A DNA stretch of 64,000 nucleotides. Origin: Ignavibacteria bacterium (GTDB lineage Bacteria; Bacteroidota; Ignavibacteria; Tepidaquicellales; OLB5). The notes under the pieces are model-generated. The model did no database searches, was not told the origin of the DNA, and saw nothing but the letters and a program-made list of their open reading frames with translations. This document shows positions 45,142 through 54,016 of the stretch, one piece after another. Location of the stretch: NCBI GenBank assembly GCA_041917655.1, contig JAYRXC010000023.1:89809-153808 (forward strand), given 5' to 3'. The first letter of the stretch is position 1. Each line of letters starts with the position of its first letter. A program made the translations under genes and the position numbers.

Positions 45142-47136
45142 ATGAAAATCTTTTTGGTAGTGTTATTGCAGCTTTTTGTCGCAGCGTCTTTACTGATTGC
45201 GGAGGAGATACAAACCGTTTCTCCTGACGGAAATGTGATCGTGTACTTCGATCTAAGCCCCATTGGTGAGCCGCAGTATAAGATAAGCTTTGGCGGAAAT
45301 GAATTTATGTTGTGGTCAAAGCTGGGATTGAACCTGAAAAACGGGGGAAAAATTTCCGCCGATATGAAAGTTATTGCAATTGAAAGAGAAACCATCGATG
45401 AAACATACAGGCTGTACTCGGGCAAGTCTGCTTACACAAGGAATTATTGCAGCGAGACCCGGATTTCATTGCAGGAAAACTCGGCAGGTAAACGAAGGCT
45501 GGATATAATATTCAGGGCATACAATGACGGAGCTGCCTTCAGGTATGTCATTCCCGCGCAGCAATCAATTTCGGATTTTGTTATTTCAACTGAGGAAACA
45601 TACTTTAATTTTGCGGGCAACTATTTATGCTGGGCTATGAAAAAAGATAAAATGAGCCACAGCTACGAAGGCGAGTATTTACCTTACACCCTGAATAAAT
45701 TATCGGGAGATCCTTCCGATCCGCTGAAAGCATATCCGTATATCACTATGCCTCTTACAATACAGGCTGCGGATGATCTGTTCATCTGCCTCAGCGAAGC
45801 TGCTATAACTGATTATGCCGGAATGCATTTAACTGTGAACGGTGCCGCCTCGCTCAAAGGCAAACTCTCGCCGTATCCGGATGATAATTCCATAAGCGTA
45901 AAGGGAAGAACACCTGCAAGCTCTCCGTGGCGTGTGTTTGTGCTGGGCAGCACGCCCGGCAGACTGGTGGAATCAAATATTATTCTAAATCTCAATGAAC
46001 CAAACCGCATTCCTGATGCAGAGAGTTGGGTGAAGCCGGGCAAATCACTTTGGAGCTGGTGGAGCCTCGACAGGGGATTCGATGCTTCGTTTGGTTTCCA
46101 GATGGTAGGAACTAACACAACAAAGTACTATATCGATTTTGCCGCGGCAAACTCGCTTGATTATGTACTGCTCGATGGCGGCTGGTACGGCTGGCTTCAT
46201 CTTGAAAAAGGATATGTACACCACGACCCCAAAAAAACCCTTCCCGAGCTTGACCTGCCTGCAGTATCGCAATACGCAGCATCGAAAGGCATCGGACTTA
46301 TAGTTTGGATTCAATGGACTGATATTGATAAAGAAATGGTTTTATGGCTGGACTACCTGCAGTCAATAAATATCAAAGGCATCAAAGTTGATTTTATGGA
46401 TAGGGATGACCAGTATATGGTTGATTTCTATCACCGGCTTGCAGTTGAATGCGCCAAAAGAAAAATAATTATTATATATCATGGCTCATATAAGCCTGAT
46501 GGAAAGGCGCGCACATATCCCAATATTCTAACTTACGAAGGTGTGCTTGGAAATGAATACTCTAAATGGACAAACCAGCCTGTTCCGGTGCATAATGTTA
46601 CTATTCCGTTCACGAGGATGATAACAGGGCCAATGGATTTCACTCCGGGCTCCATGGTGAATACAACTAAAGAGGCTTTTGCCCCTGATATGATGAAGCC
46701 TATGACCATGGGAACAAGGGCGCAGCAGCTTGCAATGCTGGTGGTTTATGAGAGCGGCATCCAGAGTCTTTGCGAATCACCCAAGCTGTATGAGGTACTG
46801 CCTGAATTTGAGTTTTACAGGCAGGCGCCCGCATCGTGGGATTCCACTATTGTTTTAAACGGTAAGATATCTGAGTATATTGTCATTGCCAGGAAGAAAG
46901 GCGATATATGGTTCCTTGGGGCAATGACAAATTGGGATAGGCGTGAGCTTACAGTTGATCTTGATTTCCTTGGCCAGGGCAGCTTTGAAGCGGAAATTTA
47001 TGCAGACGGCCCGAATGCTGATATTACGCCTTCGGAAGTAGTGATCTCAAGAAAGAAGGTTTTGCCCGGTGAATCACTCAACCTGAGCCTTGCCAGGGGC
47101 GGGGGATGCGGAGTTGTTTTCCGCCGGAAGAATTAA
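45142..47136 (+). CDS. Glycoside hydrolase family 97 (alpha-glucosidase/alpha-galactosidase type)
   Basis: GH97-like blocks (GIKVDFMDRDDQ, YHGSYKPDG, LTYEGVLGNEY), signal peptide from the ATG at 45142. Confidence 0.8.
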   Translation: MKIFLVVLLQLFVAASLLIAEEIQTVSPDGNVIVYFDLSPIGEPQYKISFGGNEFMLWSKLGLNLKNGGKISADMKVIAIERETIDETYRLYSGKSAYTRNYCSETRISLQENSAGKRRLDIIFRAYNDGAAFRYVIPAQQSISDFVISTEETYFNFAGNYLCWAMKKDKMSHSYEGEYLPYTLNKLSGDPSDPLKAYPYITMPLTIQAADDLFICLSEAAITDYAGMHLTVNGAASLKGKLSPYPDDNSISVKGRTPASSPWRVFVLGSTPGRLVESNIILNLNEPNRIPDAESWVKPGKSLWSWWSLDRGFDASFGFQMVGTNTTKYYIDFAAANSLDYVLLDGGWYGWLHLEKGYVHHDPKKTLPELDLPAVSQYAASKGIGLIVWIQWTDIDKEMVLWLDYLQSINIKGIKVDFMDRDDQYMVDFYHRLAVECAKRKIIIIYHGSYKPDGKARTYPNILTYEGVLGNEYSKWTNQPVPVHNVTIPFTRMITGPMDFTPGSMVNTTKEAFAPDMMKPMTMGTRAQQLAMLVVYESGIQSLCESPKLYEVLPEFEFYRQAPASWDSTIVLNGKISEYIVIARKKGDIWFLGAMTNWDRRELTVDLDFLGQGSFEAEIYADGPNADITPSEVVISRKKVLPGESLNLSLARGGGCGVVFRRKN

Positions 47137-47151
47137 TTGGTTGGTGGGAAA

Positions 47152-48627
47152 TTATTTGTTTACTTTAAAGCTGACCCACTGGTAAAGATCAAAGTATTCA
47201 AATGCGTTTTTTTCAAACTTATCACTTTTGAGCTTATGCAGCTCCTTCTGCATCCTGTTGAATAAAAATGAAAGTTCATGTTCATTTTTTACTTTAGGCA
47301 GCTTGCGGATAAACTCCAGCACAAGCAGCTCAACCTTAAAGAGCTTTTCTCTTTTGTATAAAAAACGGTAAACTGAAATCAGAAGATATCTTAGCAGCTC
47401 AAAATTCTTGAGCTCAAAGTGTATAATGAGATTCATTATCTTAAGGTAACTTTCGTAATCAGAGCGTTTGCTCAGCAATGGGTGCGAACCCAACTGGTTA
47501 GCGGCCGCTAATGCTGCTGAAAATTTCCCTTCCATCATACGGCACTTCACAATATAGAACATAATAGAGAGCTCGGTATCTATGAGCATCTTGTTTTCGT
47601 ATCTCTTAAGTATATATTCAAGGCGGGGGATGAGCTTCCCCGCCTTTTTAGTTTCGCCTTCAGAAAGATAACCCCTGAAATACACAAAACTGCTGTAAAT
47701 CTCAAAATCATCAAGCGAATCCTTAGAATCATTAAGAATTTCTTTGATCTCTTTGAGATATCCGGCAGCTTCTATCGGGCGGTTAAGCTGGAGGCTGGTT
47801 TCCAGCAGTGAGTACAGGATATCAGACCTGTGGTTCATTACCTGGTCCTGAAACGGGGCCGGATCCTTTTTTACAATTTCCAGTCTTTTAAGCTGAGCAT
47901 GGTATGAGCTTTCATAGTCACCCGTTGCAAATGCAGCCAATTCTTTTACCCTGTAGTATCCCTCAAGGGCTTTGATGCTTTGCGCTTTATCGGTTCCTTC
48001 CATCAAAGGATTTGCAATAATATCTTCAATTGCGTTTTTCTGAGATTCGCCCCGGGTCAACCCGAATTTCCTGAAACTGTTCAGCAGAAGCCCGCTTATA
48101 CGGCTGTATTCAAAGACATTTTTCATCTTTTCCGCAGTTTCGGAAAATTCATTGTGCAGTGAGTTAATTTTCTCTTTGCTCTGTTCTTCTTTCCTTACTA
48201 TAATTTTTTCCATTTCCATTATCTGCATTACATAGCCGTATCGTTCGTGCTTCAATGCTAGTTCCTTGGCTTTTTCGATAGTTCTGAAATACCTGCGATA
48301 AAGTGTTTTCCTGAAAAGCACTTTACACTCGGATATCAGCGCATGTATTTTCGCATCGGCAGACCTGCCTGCCTGGAAATCAATCAGGCTTTTCATAACA
48401 AGGCCGTAAAGATGATTTTTGCTGAAAGCCAGGTTCTTTACAAATCCTTTGCCGGAATTTTCTTTCCTGAATTCCTTTTCATTGTAAACTTCCAGTTTTT
48501 CCAGCGCGTTAAACATCTGAATGTACTGTTTGTTTCCGCTGTGCAGCCTGGAGCGCAGCGCGAAGTATCTTTTCTCACTTTTGGTCATCGAGCTTATAAG
48601 CTCGAACAGGTCGTTGGATTGCTTCAT
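47152..48627 (-). CDS. Orphan 491-aa all-helical protein, distant family member P4
   Basis: Same size and composition. N-terminal LFELISSMTKSEKRYF and C-terminal HFELKNFELLRYLLISVYRFL parallel the P1-P3 blocks. Divergent from T9SS cargo. Confidence 0.65.
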   Translation of the reverse strand: MKQSNDLFELISSMTKSEKRYFALRSRLHSGNKQYIQMFNALEKLEVYNEKEFRKENSGKGFVKNLAFSKNHLYGLVMKSLIDFQAGRSADAKIHALISECKVLFRKTLYRRYFRTIEKAKELALKHERYGYVMQIMEMEKIIVRKEEQSKEKINSLHNEFSETAEKMKNVFEYSRISGLLLNSFRKFGLTRGESQKNAIEDIIANPLMEGTDKAQSIKALEGYYRVKELAAFATGDYESSYHAQLKRLEIVKKDPAPFQDQVMNHRSDILYSLLETSLQLNRPIEAAGYLKEIKEILNDSKDSLDDFEIYSSFVYFRGYLSEGETKKAGKLIPRLEYILKRYENKMLIDTELSIMFYIVKCRMMEGKFSAALAAANQLGSHPLLSKRSDYESYLKIMNLIIHFELKNFELLRYLLISVYRFLYKREKLFKVELLVLEFIRKLPKVKNEHELSFLFNRMQKELHKLKSDKFEKNAFEYFDLYQWVSFKVNK

Positions 48628-48713
48628 AGAAAACTAATATATGGATCGTAAAAACATATAGAAAGACAAAATAATGACTAATTCTGACGATAGGCTGGAA
48701 GTTAGAAATCTTA

Positions 48714-48721
48714 TATTTTTG
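48714..48721 (+). promoter_or_regulatory. Candidate -7 box TATTTTTG of the FG-GAP cargo gene
   Basis: TAnnTTTG match about 100 nt upstream of the ATG at 48824. Confidence 0.35.
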
Positions 48722-48823
48722 GGTATTTGGTGTTTGAGTCTAAGCAGGCCAACTGATATATTAATGAACGAATATCAATTTACTTTAACTCAGAATAATT
48801 AAATACAAACTAAGCCAGATTAC

Positions 48824-50635
48824 ATGAAACCAAAAAACTTTAACAATCGCTATTCTTATCTGTTAATATTTATCTTGACTATATCTATATCCGGATTTTT
48901 TGACCGCGCTGATGCGCAGAGCTTTACCCGCGTAACCCAGGGTTCATTTGTGAATGACGGTGGAGCATCGCGCAGCGTAAACTTTGTTGATTACGATAAT
49001 GACGGCGACCTGGATCTGTACGTAAGCAACGGAAAAAGGTTCGGGCAGTATCCTTTCATGTACAGAAATGATGGTGGACAGTTTTTCAGGCTGATCGCTG
49101 CGAATCCGTTTAACGACAGCCTTCCGTTTGACGGCTCGAGCTGGGCGGATCTTGATAATGACGGCAACCTGGATATGTGCACGGTAACTTGGTATGACTC
49201 GCTAAATGTATTGTACAAAAATAACGGATCCGGTTCATTTACTTCTCTGAACGCCAGTCCGATAGTTACCGACCGCGGATTTTCCGAATCATGCAGCTGG
49301 GGTGATTACGATAACGACGGTTTGGTCGATCTGTTTGTATGTAACAGTAAGACTTCAGGCTCAAGGAACAGGCTGTATAAAAATCTTGGCAGCGGGAATT
49401 TTACCCGTATCGATTCCGGGGCAATTTATCTTGATGTTGGGTATCTCTCGCGTTGTGTAAACTGGGTCGATATAGATAACGATGGCGATCTTGATATTTT
49501 TGTAACGAATGAATCCGGTCCTGCGGATTACATGTACAAAAATAATGGCGGCGGATATTTTACGAAGGTAACCGGTATTCCTCCGGTTTCAACAGCAGGC
49601 AGCTCGTGGAGCTCGAGCTGGGGAGATTATGATAATGATGGTGATTTTGACCTGTTTGTAGCAAACTCAGAAAACCAAAAGAACCTGCTGTTCAGAAATG
49701 ACGGGAATTTTACTTTTACAAGGATCCTAAGCGACCCTATAGTAAATGATAACGGCTACCATGCAAGCTCAGGATGGGGCGACTATGATAATGATGGTGA
49801 CCTTGATATGTTCATAACACAGGCATACGGCCCCGCAGGCGTTAGATTACCGAATTTGCTTTTCCGTAATAAGCTTATGGAAACCGGTACCGCTCAATTC
49901 GAAAAGATAACGGATGGCGAAATTGTCAATGACCTTGGTTATTCATACGGCTTTGCCTGGGCAGACTGGGATGCAGACGGCGACCTGGATATTTTTACCG
50001 CAAGAACATTTAATGAGAATGAAAATAACTCCGCTTTCTTAAATAACGGGAATAATAACAAGTGGTTAGAAATTAAACTGACAGGAAATGCAACCAATCG
50101 CTCGGGTATTGGGTCTAATGTTAAAGTAAGGGCAGTTATAAACGGCTCACCGGTTTGGCTTTCGCGCACAGTTGAAGGACAGGCCGGCTATTGCGGCCAG
50201 AACTTGGACCTGCATTTCGGCCTTGGCAATGCTGTAACCGTCGATTCAATACGGGTAGAGTGGCAATCGGGAACCATTGAAAATTATACAGCGGTTTCTG
50301 TTAATCAGATCATAAGGATAGTCGAAGGCACAGGGATAATAAGTATCCATCAAAATGGCAGTGAAGTGCCTGAAGGATTTAAACTTCATCAGAACTATCC
50401 CAACCCGTTTAATCCGGCAACAATGTTCAGTTTTGATCTGGCTGCTGCAGGTGGTACTGAACTGAAGGTTTTTGACGGATTGGGCAGGGAGCTTGAGGTT
50501 GTTTTTTCCGGCAGGCTGGAAGCTGGTTCATACACATTCAGCTTTGATGCTTCGCGCTATCCAAGCGGTATATATTTTTACACGCTCACTTCGGGAAAGT
50601 TTTCTATGACCAGAAAAATGGTTCTTTTGAAATAA
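48824..50635 (+). CDS. T9SS-sorted FG-GAP/VCBS-repeat protein with ASPIC/UnbV domain (CRTAC1-like)
   Basis: Repeated D(Y/I)DNDGDLD(L/I)(F/Y)V motifs, UnbV-like NKWLEIKLTG..NRSGIGS..LHFGLG...VEWQSG, T9SS tail. Confidence 0.85.
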   Translation: MKPKNFNNRYSYLLIFILTISISGFFDRADAQSFTRVTQGSFVNDGGASRSVNFVDYDNDGDLDLYVSNGKRFGQYPFMYRNDGGQFFRLIAANPFNDSLPFDGSSWADLDNDGNLDMCTVTWYDSLNVLYKNNGSGSFTSLNASPIVTDRGFSESCSWGDYDNDGLVDLFVCNSKTSGSRNRLYKNLGSGNFTRIDSGAIYLDVGYLSRCVNWVDIDNDGDLDIFVTNESGPADYMYKNNGGGYFTKVTGIPPVSTAGSSWSSSWGDYDNDGDFDLFVANSENQKNLLFRNDGNFTFTRILSDPIVNDNGYHASSGWGDYDNDGDLDMFITQAYGPAGVRLPNLLFRNKLMETGTAQFEKITDGEIVNDLGYSYGFAWADWDADGDLDIFTARTFNENENNSAFLNNGNNNKWLEIKLTGNATNRSGIGSNVKVRAVINGSPVWLSRTVEGQAGYCGQNLDLHFGLGNAVTVDSIRVEWQSGTIENYTAVSVNQIIRIVEGTGIISIHQNGSEVPEGFKLHQNYPNPFNPATMFSFDLAAAGGTELKVFDGLGRELEVVFSGRLEAGSYTFSFDASRYPSGIYFYTLTSGKFSMTRKMVLLK

Positions 50636-50828
50636 ATGTTAATCTTTTAAGGACTATATTAAACCCTCATGAGCCCTTTGGCATCAAATAAAATATACAT
50701 AAGGAGTTATATTGCATATTATATAAAGTTTTATATCTTTGTAGGAATTGCGGTATAAAGTTTCAAAAACAGTTCTATTTTGGCATTATTTGTCCGTTCT
50801 AAGTCCTGGATTTTTGATAAAGCGGGCT

Positions 50829-50836
50829 TAATTTTG
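50829..50836 (+). promoter_or_regulatory. Candidate -7 box TAATTTTG directly upstream of structured domain I
   Basis: TAnnTTTG match. A second box, TATCTTTG, lies at 50734-50741. Confidence 0.35.
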
Positions 50837-50839
50837 TAA

Positions 50840-50987
50840 GCAGCAGAGCAGCTGCATGTTGTAATTCTTCGGGATTGCCCGGCTGATATTCAAAGTCATT
50901 CATTTCCAAAATGAACTTGAATACCGGATTAACCGGGAAAACAAATCGGAATGAATGCTGTAACAAACAGATGACAACTGCTGCTGC
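50840..50987 (+). ncRNA. Candidate structured RNA domain I (~148 nt)
   Basis: gcagcag (50840-50846) pairs with ctgctgc (50981-50987). Nested cattcatttcc (50897-50907) / ggaatgaatg (50948-50957). Apical ccgg-attaa-ccgg. Confidence 0.35.
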
Positions 50988-51150
50988 ACCGGCAACCCGG
51001 GGTCAATTCAATTAATCAGAATAATGCCAATTAGAGATTTAAACCTTTTGATTCAAATGTGCATCAAAGAAAAGAGTTCGGTGAATTACAGCATGTGAAA
51101 CTTAGCATGTGAAAAGCTAAACCGGAATTTCTCCTTCTGGAAAAGAATAA

Positions 51151-51304
51151 AGAGCAGTGCGATTGGGCGACGCTTGTTTTGAGGGCTCAAGCGTGTAGGC
51201 GGCTTAGAAAAAAGTAGGCTGCTGCCTGTCTCTAAAATTGTAACCTATATTTGACCCATAGGCAATATTTTTTGAGACAGGCATCGCACAAGCTCTTTTT
51301 TTTT
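51151..51304 (+). ncRNA. Candidate structured RNA domain II: a multi-stem junction closed by a stem and followed by U9 (terminator-like)
   Basis: agagc-a-gtgcgat (51151-51163) pairs with atcgcac-aa-gctct (51283-51296), followed by T9. Inner stems acgcttg/caagcgt, gcctgtctc/gagacaggc, cctat/atagg. Confidence 0.4.
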
Positions 51305-51373
51305 ACTCATCTTCGGCACAAAATAGCAGTATTCAGTAAGCATACATCTCTAATTGTTTTTAAATTGAATTGA

Positions 51374-53464
51374 ATGAAATCTACTTTTTTATCAATACCG
51401 GTTATCCTGCTTATTGCTTTTTTGTTTTCAATGCAGGTTTATGCGCAGACCGAAAATAAAAACGCCGGTGATGATAAAACATCTGCAGATGTTAACTCAG
51501 CTCCTAAAATTGACGGTAAAATAGATAACTCAGAGTGGACGGGCTCAAAGGTGATAACCGACTTCCACATGATGATCCCTAAATCTGACTCTAAGGACTA
51601 TGACAGCACCATTGCTTACATTAGGCAGACAAGAGACGCTATTTATATCGCAATAAAATACTGGCCGCGCGGAAAGATCATAAAGCAGTCACTCACAAGA
51701 GATAGAAGTACTGATGAAGAAAATGAATTTTTCATTCTGCTTGATCTTGAAAACAAGCAGAAGAACGGGTACGTGTTCGTTGTAAGCTTCCTCGATAACC
51801 AGCGCGACGCAGTAGTATATAACCAGACTAACCAGTCATATGAATGGGACTGGCAGTGGGAAAACAAATCAAAAATCTACAAAGAAGCTAAAGACGGTAA
51901 ACCGGGATATGTTGAGCTTGAAATAAAGATCCCGGTTGACAGGCTTCAGAACAAGAATAAAAAACAAATCGGTATCGATCTCCAGCTTTTTTCATATACC
52001 CCTGACGGCAACTACACATGGTATGCTTTAACTCCAAACAGCGAGCTGCTGAACCTGAAAAGTACATATAAGCTCGACCTTACGACTCCTTTTGACGAGA
52101 AGCTCAATTTGCGGTTCAGCCTGACGCCGTTTATAGTTGGCCAATATGCCAATTTCGATACTGCCCGTGTGAAATTCGGCGGTGAGTTCGCTGTAAGCCT
52201 TGATAAACATAAGCTCAAAAGTACAGTGTTTACTGATGAATCAACCATTGAAGCTGACCCTTTCCGCTTTGCGTTTTATGGCAGACCAATTTTTCTACAG
52301 GAAAAGAGACCATTTTTCAGTAAGGATCTGGATATATACAGAACGCCGGTAAATCTATTCTATACAAGGGCAATTCAGAAGATCCAATACGGCTTCAACT
52401 ATACCTATAGAAGCGATAAGTTCAAAATGGGAGCAGTTTTTGTTAAGGATACTGTTCCGGATTTCAGCGGCTCAAGGCGGACATTTGCCGTTGGCAGGCC
52501 AAACTTCAATTTCCAGGATTTTAACATTGGCGGTTTGTTCCTGTATTACCACGATACGCTTGGAAATTACACAGAGAAAGTTCTTAGCATTGACGGAAAG
52601 ATAAACCTGCCGTCAAGGTTCAGGTTCATTCCCCAGGTTGCACGAAGCTTCAATAATGACGGTTCAGGAGCTAACATGTACAGCGGTTACCTGTATTATG
52701 AACAAAACAGTAATGGCGGACCGTATATGGACGCATCATACACCAGGTACGATTCCAACTTCACAGTTTCTACCCTGTTCAATAACTACGGCAATAACTA
52801 TGATGACCTGAATATCAGCGCGGGTTACCAGTTCATAAACAATAACAAATATTTCAATAACATAAATATTTCGGCCGGGTATTTCAGGTCGCATAAATTT
52901 GATGATGATCTGGGCCGGCCGTTTGGATTCAATAAACAAAACGGGGTATTCGGGAACCTGTATTATAAAGTTACCGGATGGTTGAGCTTTGCCCATAACA
53001 TTAATTACGACCGGCCGAATGACTATGATGAGAACGGTAACATAATAACCCGCGATAATATTCTGGCGGATAACAATTTTAAAGTTGTGTTCGGCAACAA
53101 CTCATTTTCAGCAGGCGTTTACGGCGGAAGGTATTTCGGTGAAAAGCTTGTGAATCCATATGCATCAATCGATCTGGCATTCCTGGGCAAGTTCAGGCTG
53201 GGCGCAAATTACAATTACATTAAGCAGGGCGATAATTTCGAGCAGTCTATTTATAACATAAAGCTTGATTATAAGATAATCGAAAAGCTCTTCCTCAGGG
53301 CATATTACCAGCGGGATACATACAACAAAAGGGCGCTGCTAAATACAATGCTGCAATACGAATTCTTTGGAGGAAGCAGCGTTTACCTGGTGCTGAATCT
53401 TGACGGCGACAAGCTTGAATATACAAGGAGATATTTCAAAGTAAGCTATGAGTTCAACTTCTAG
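51374..53464 (+). CDS. DUF5916 / CBM9-like N-terminal domain outer-membrane protein
   Basis: Signal peptide, N-terminal IDGKIDNSEW...ITDF block, Tyr/Asn/Gly/Phe-rich beta-strand composition, C-terminal ...YEFNF. Confidence 0.6.
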   Translation: MKSTFLSIPVILLIAFLFSMQVYAQTENKNAGDDKTSADVNSAPKIDGKIDNSEWTGSKVITDFHMMIPKSDSKDYDSTIAYIRQTRDAIYIAIKYWPRGKIIKQSLTRDRSTDEENEFFILLDLENKQKNGYVFVVSFLDNQRDAVVYNQTNQSYEWDWQWENKSKIYKEAKDGKPGYVELEIKIPVDRLQNKNKKQIGIDLQLFSYTPDGNYTWYALTPNSELLNLKSTYKLDLTTPFDEKLNLRFSLTPFIVGQYANFDTARVKFGGEFAVSLDKHKLKSTVFTDESTIEADPFRFAFYGRPIFLQEKRPFFSKDLDIYRTPVNLFYTRAIQKIQYGFNYTYRSDKFKMGAVFVKDTVPDFSGSRRTFAVGRPNFNFQDFNIGGLFLYYHDTLGNYTEKVLSIDGKINLPSRFRFIPQVARSFNNDGSGANMYSGYLYYEQNSNGGPYMDASYTRYDSNFTVSTLFNNYGNNYDDLNISAGYQFINNNKYFNNINISAGYFRSHKFDDDLGRPFGFNKQNGVFGNLYYKVTGWLSFAHNINYDRPNDYDENGNIITRDNILADNNFKVVFGNNSFSAGVYGGRYFGEKLVNPYASIDLAFLGKFRLGANYNYIKQGDNFEQSIYNIKLDYKIIEKLFLRAYYQRDTYNKRALLNTMLQYEFFGGSSVYLVLNLDGDKLEYTRRYFKVSYEFNF

Positions 53465-53517
53465 CTTCCGGTTTAAGGTTTTTAATATTCTTTTCCAATA
53501 ACATAAAATAAACAGCT

Positions 53518-53874
53518 ATGCAAAAAGTTCTCTTTGCTTTGATCGGATTTGCCCTTCATAGCTTTTTGTTCGGGTCTTTGCTTTACTCCGGCGAGGTGTT
53601 TACTGAGCCGCAAAAATTAAGGTATGAGTATAAGGTCGAAACCGACCTGAATACGGAGAAGTTCTCGGATGTATTCTGCGAACGCCTTAAAACCAAACAC
53701 AAATGGCGGCAGGTCGAGTCGAACGTGTCTGCCGATGAAACGTACACCAATATCTTCAGGTTTAAAGACGATAAACAGCATCGCTGGGAGTGCGAAGTCA
53801 AGATCCGCAGGGATGAAATGGATACCCGTAAGATGGATATCCTCATGCTGATGAGCCCAATGCTCGAAAGCTGA
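53518..53874 (+). CDS. Hypothetical small secreted protein
   Basis: ORF with an N-terminal hydrophobic signal-like segment. Confidence 0.45.
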   Translation: MQKVLFALIGFALHSFLFGSLLYSGEVFTEPQKLRYEYKVETDLNTEKFSDVFCERLKTKHKWRQVESNVSADETYTNIFRFKDDKQHRWECEVKIRRDEMDTRKMDILMLMSPMLES

Positions 53875-53923
53875 AAAACCCGGCTTTAAAAGTGTTTTTT
53901 CATATTTAGTTAATAGCTGTACT

Positions 53924-53955
53924 AGCCGTTTTTTGACAAAAAACGGCTTTCTTTA
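53924..53955 (+). terminator. Intrinsic terminator
   Basis: agccgtttttt-gac-aaaaaacggct followed by ttcttt. Confidence 0.6.
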
Positions 53956-54016
53956 TGATAGGAATCATATTTAAATTTCCCTGCATAAGCTATTTTTGTT
54001 TTCACAGGAGGTGTTT

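Noticed and set aside
50840-50987. Domain I as 6S RNA, RNase P RNA or tmRNA
   Set aside because: By eye there is no GGAAAGTCCGG-type RNase P core and no tRNA-like ..TCCACCA 3' end. The local context is not one I associate with 6S RNA. The helices could fit a 6S-like rod, but I cannot support that call without a covariance-model search.
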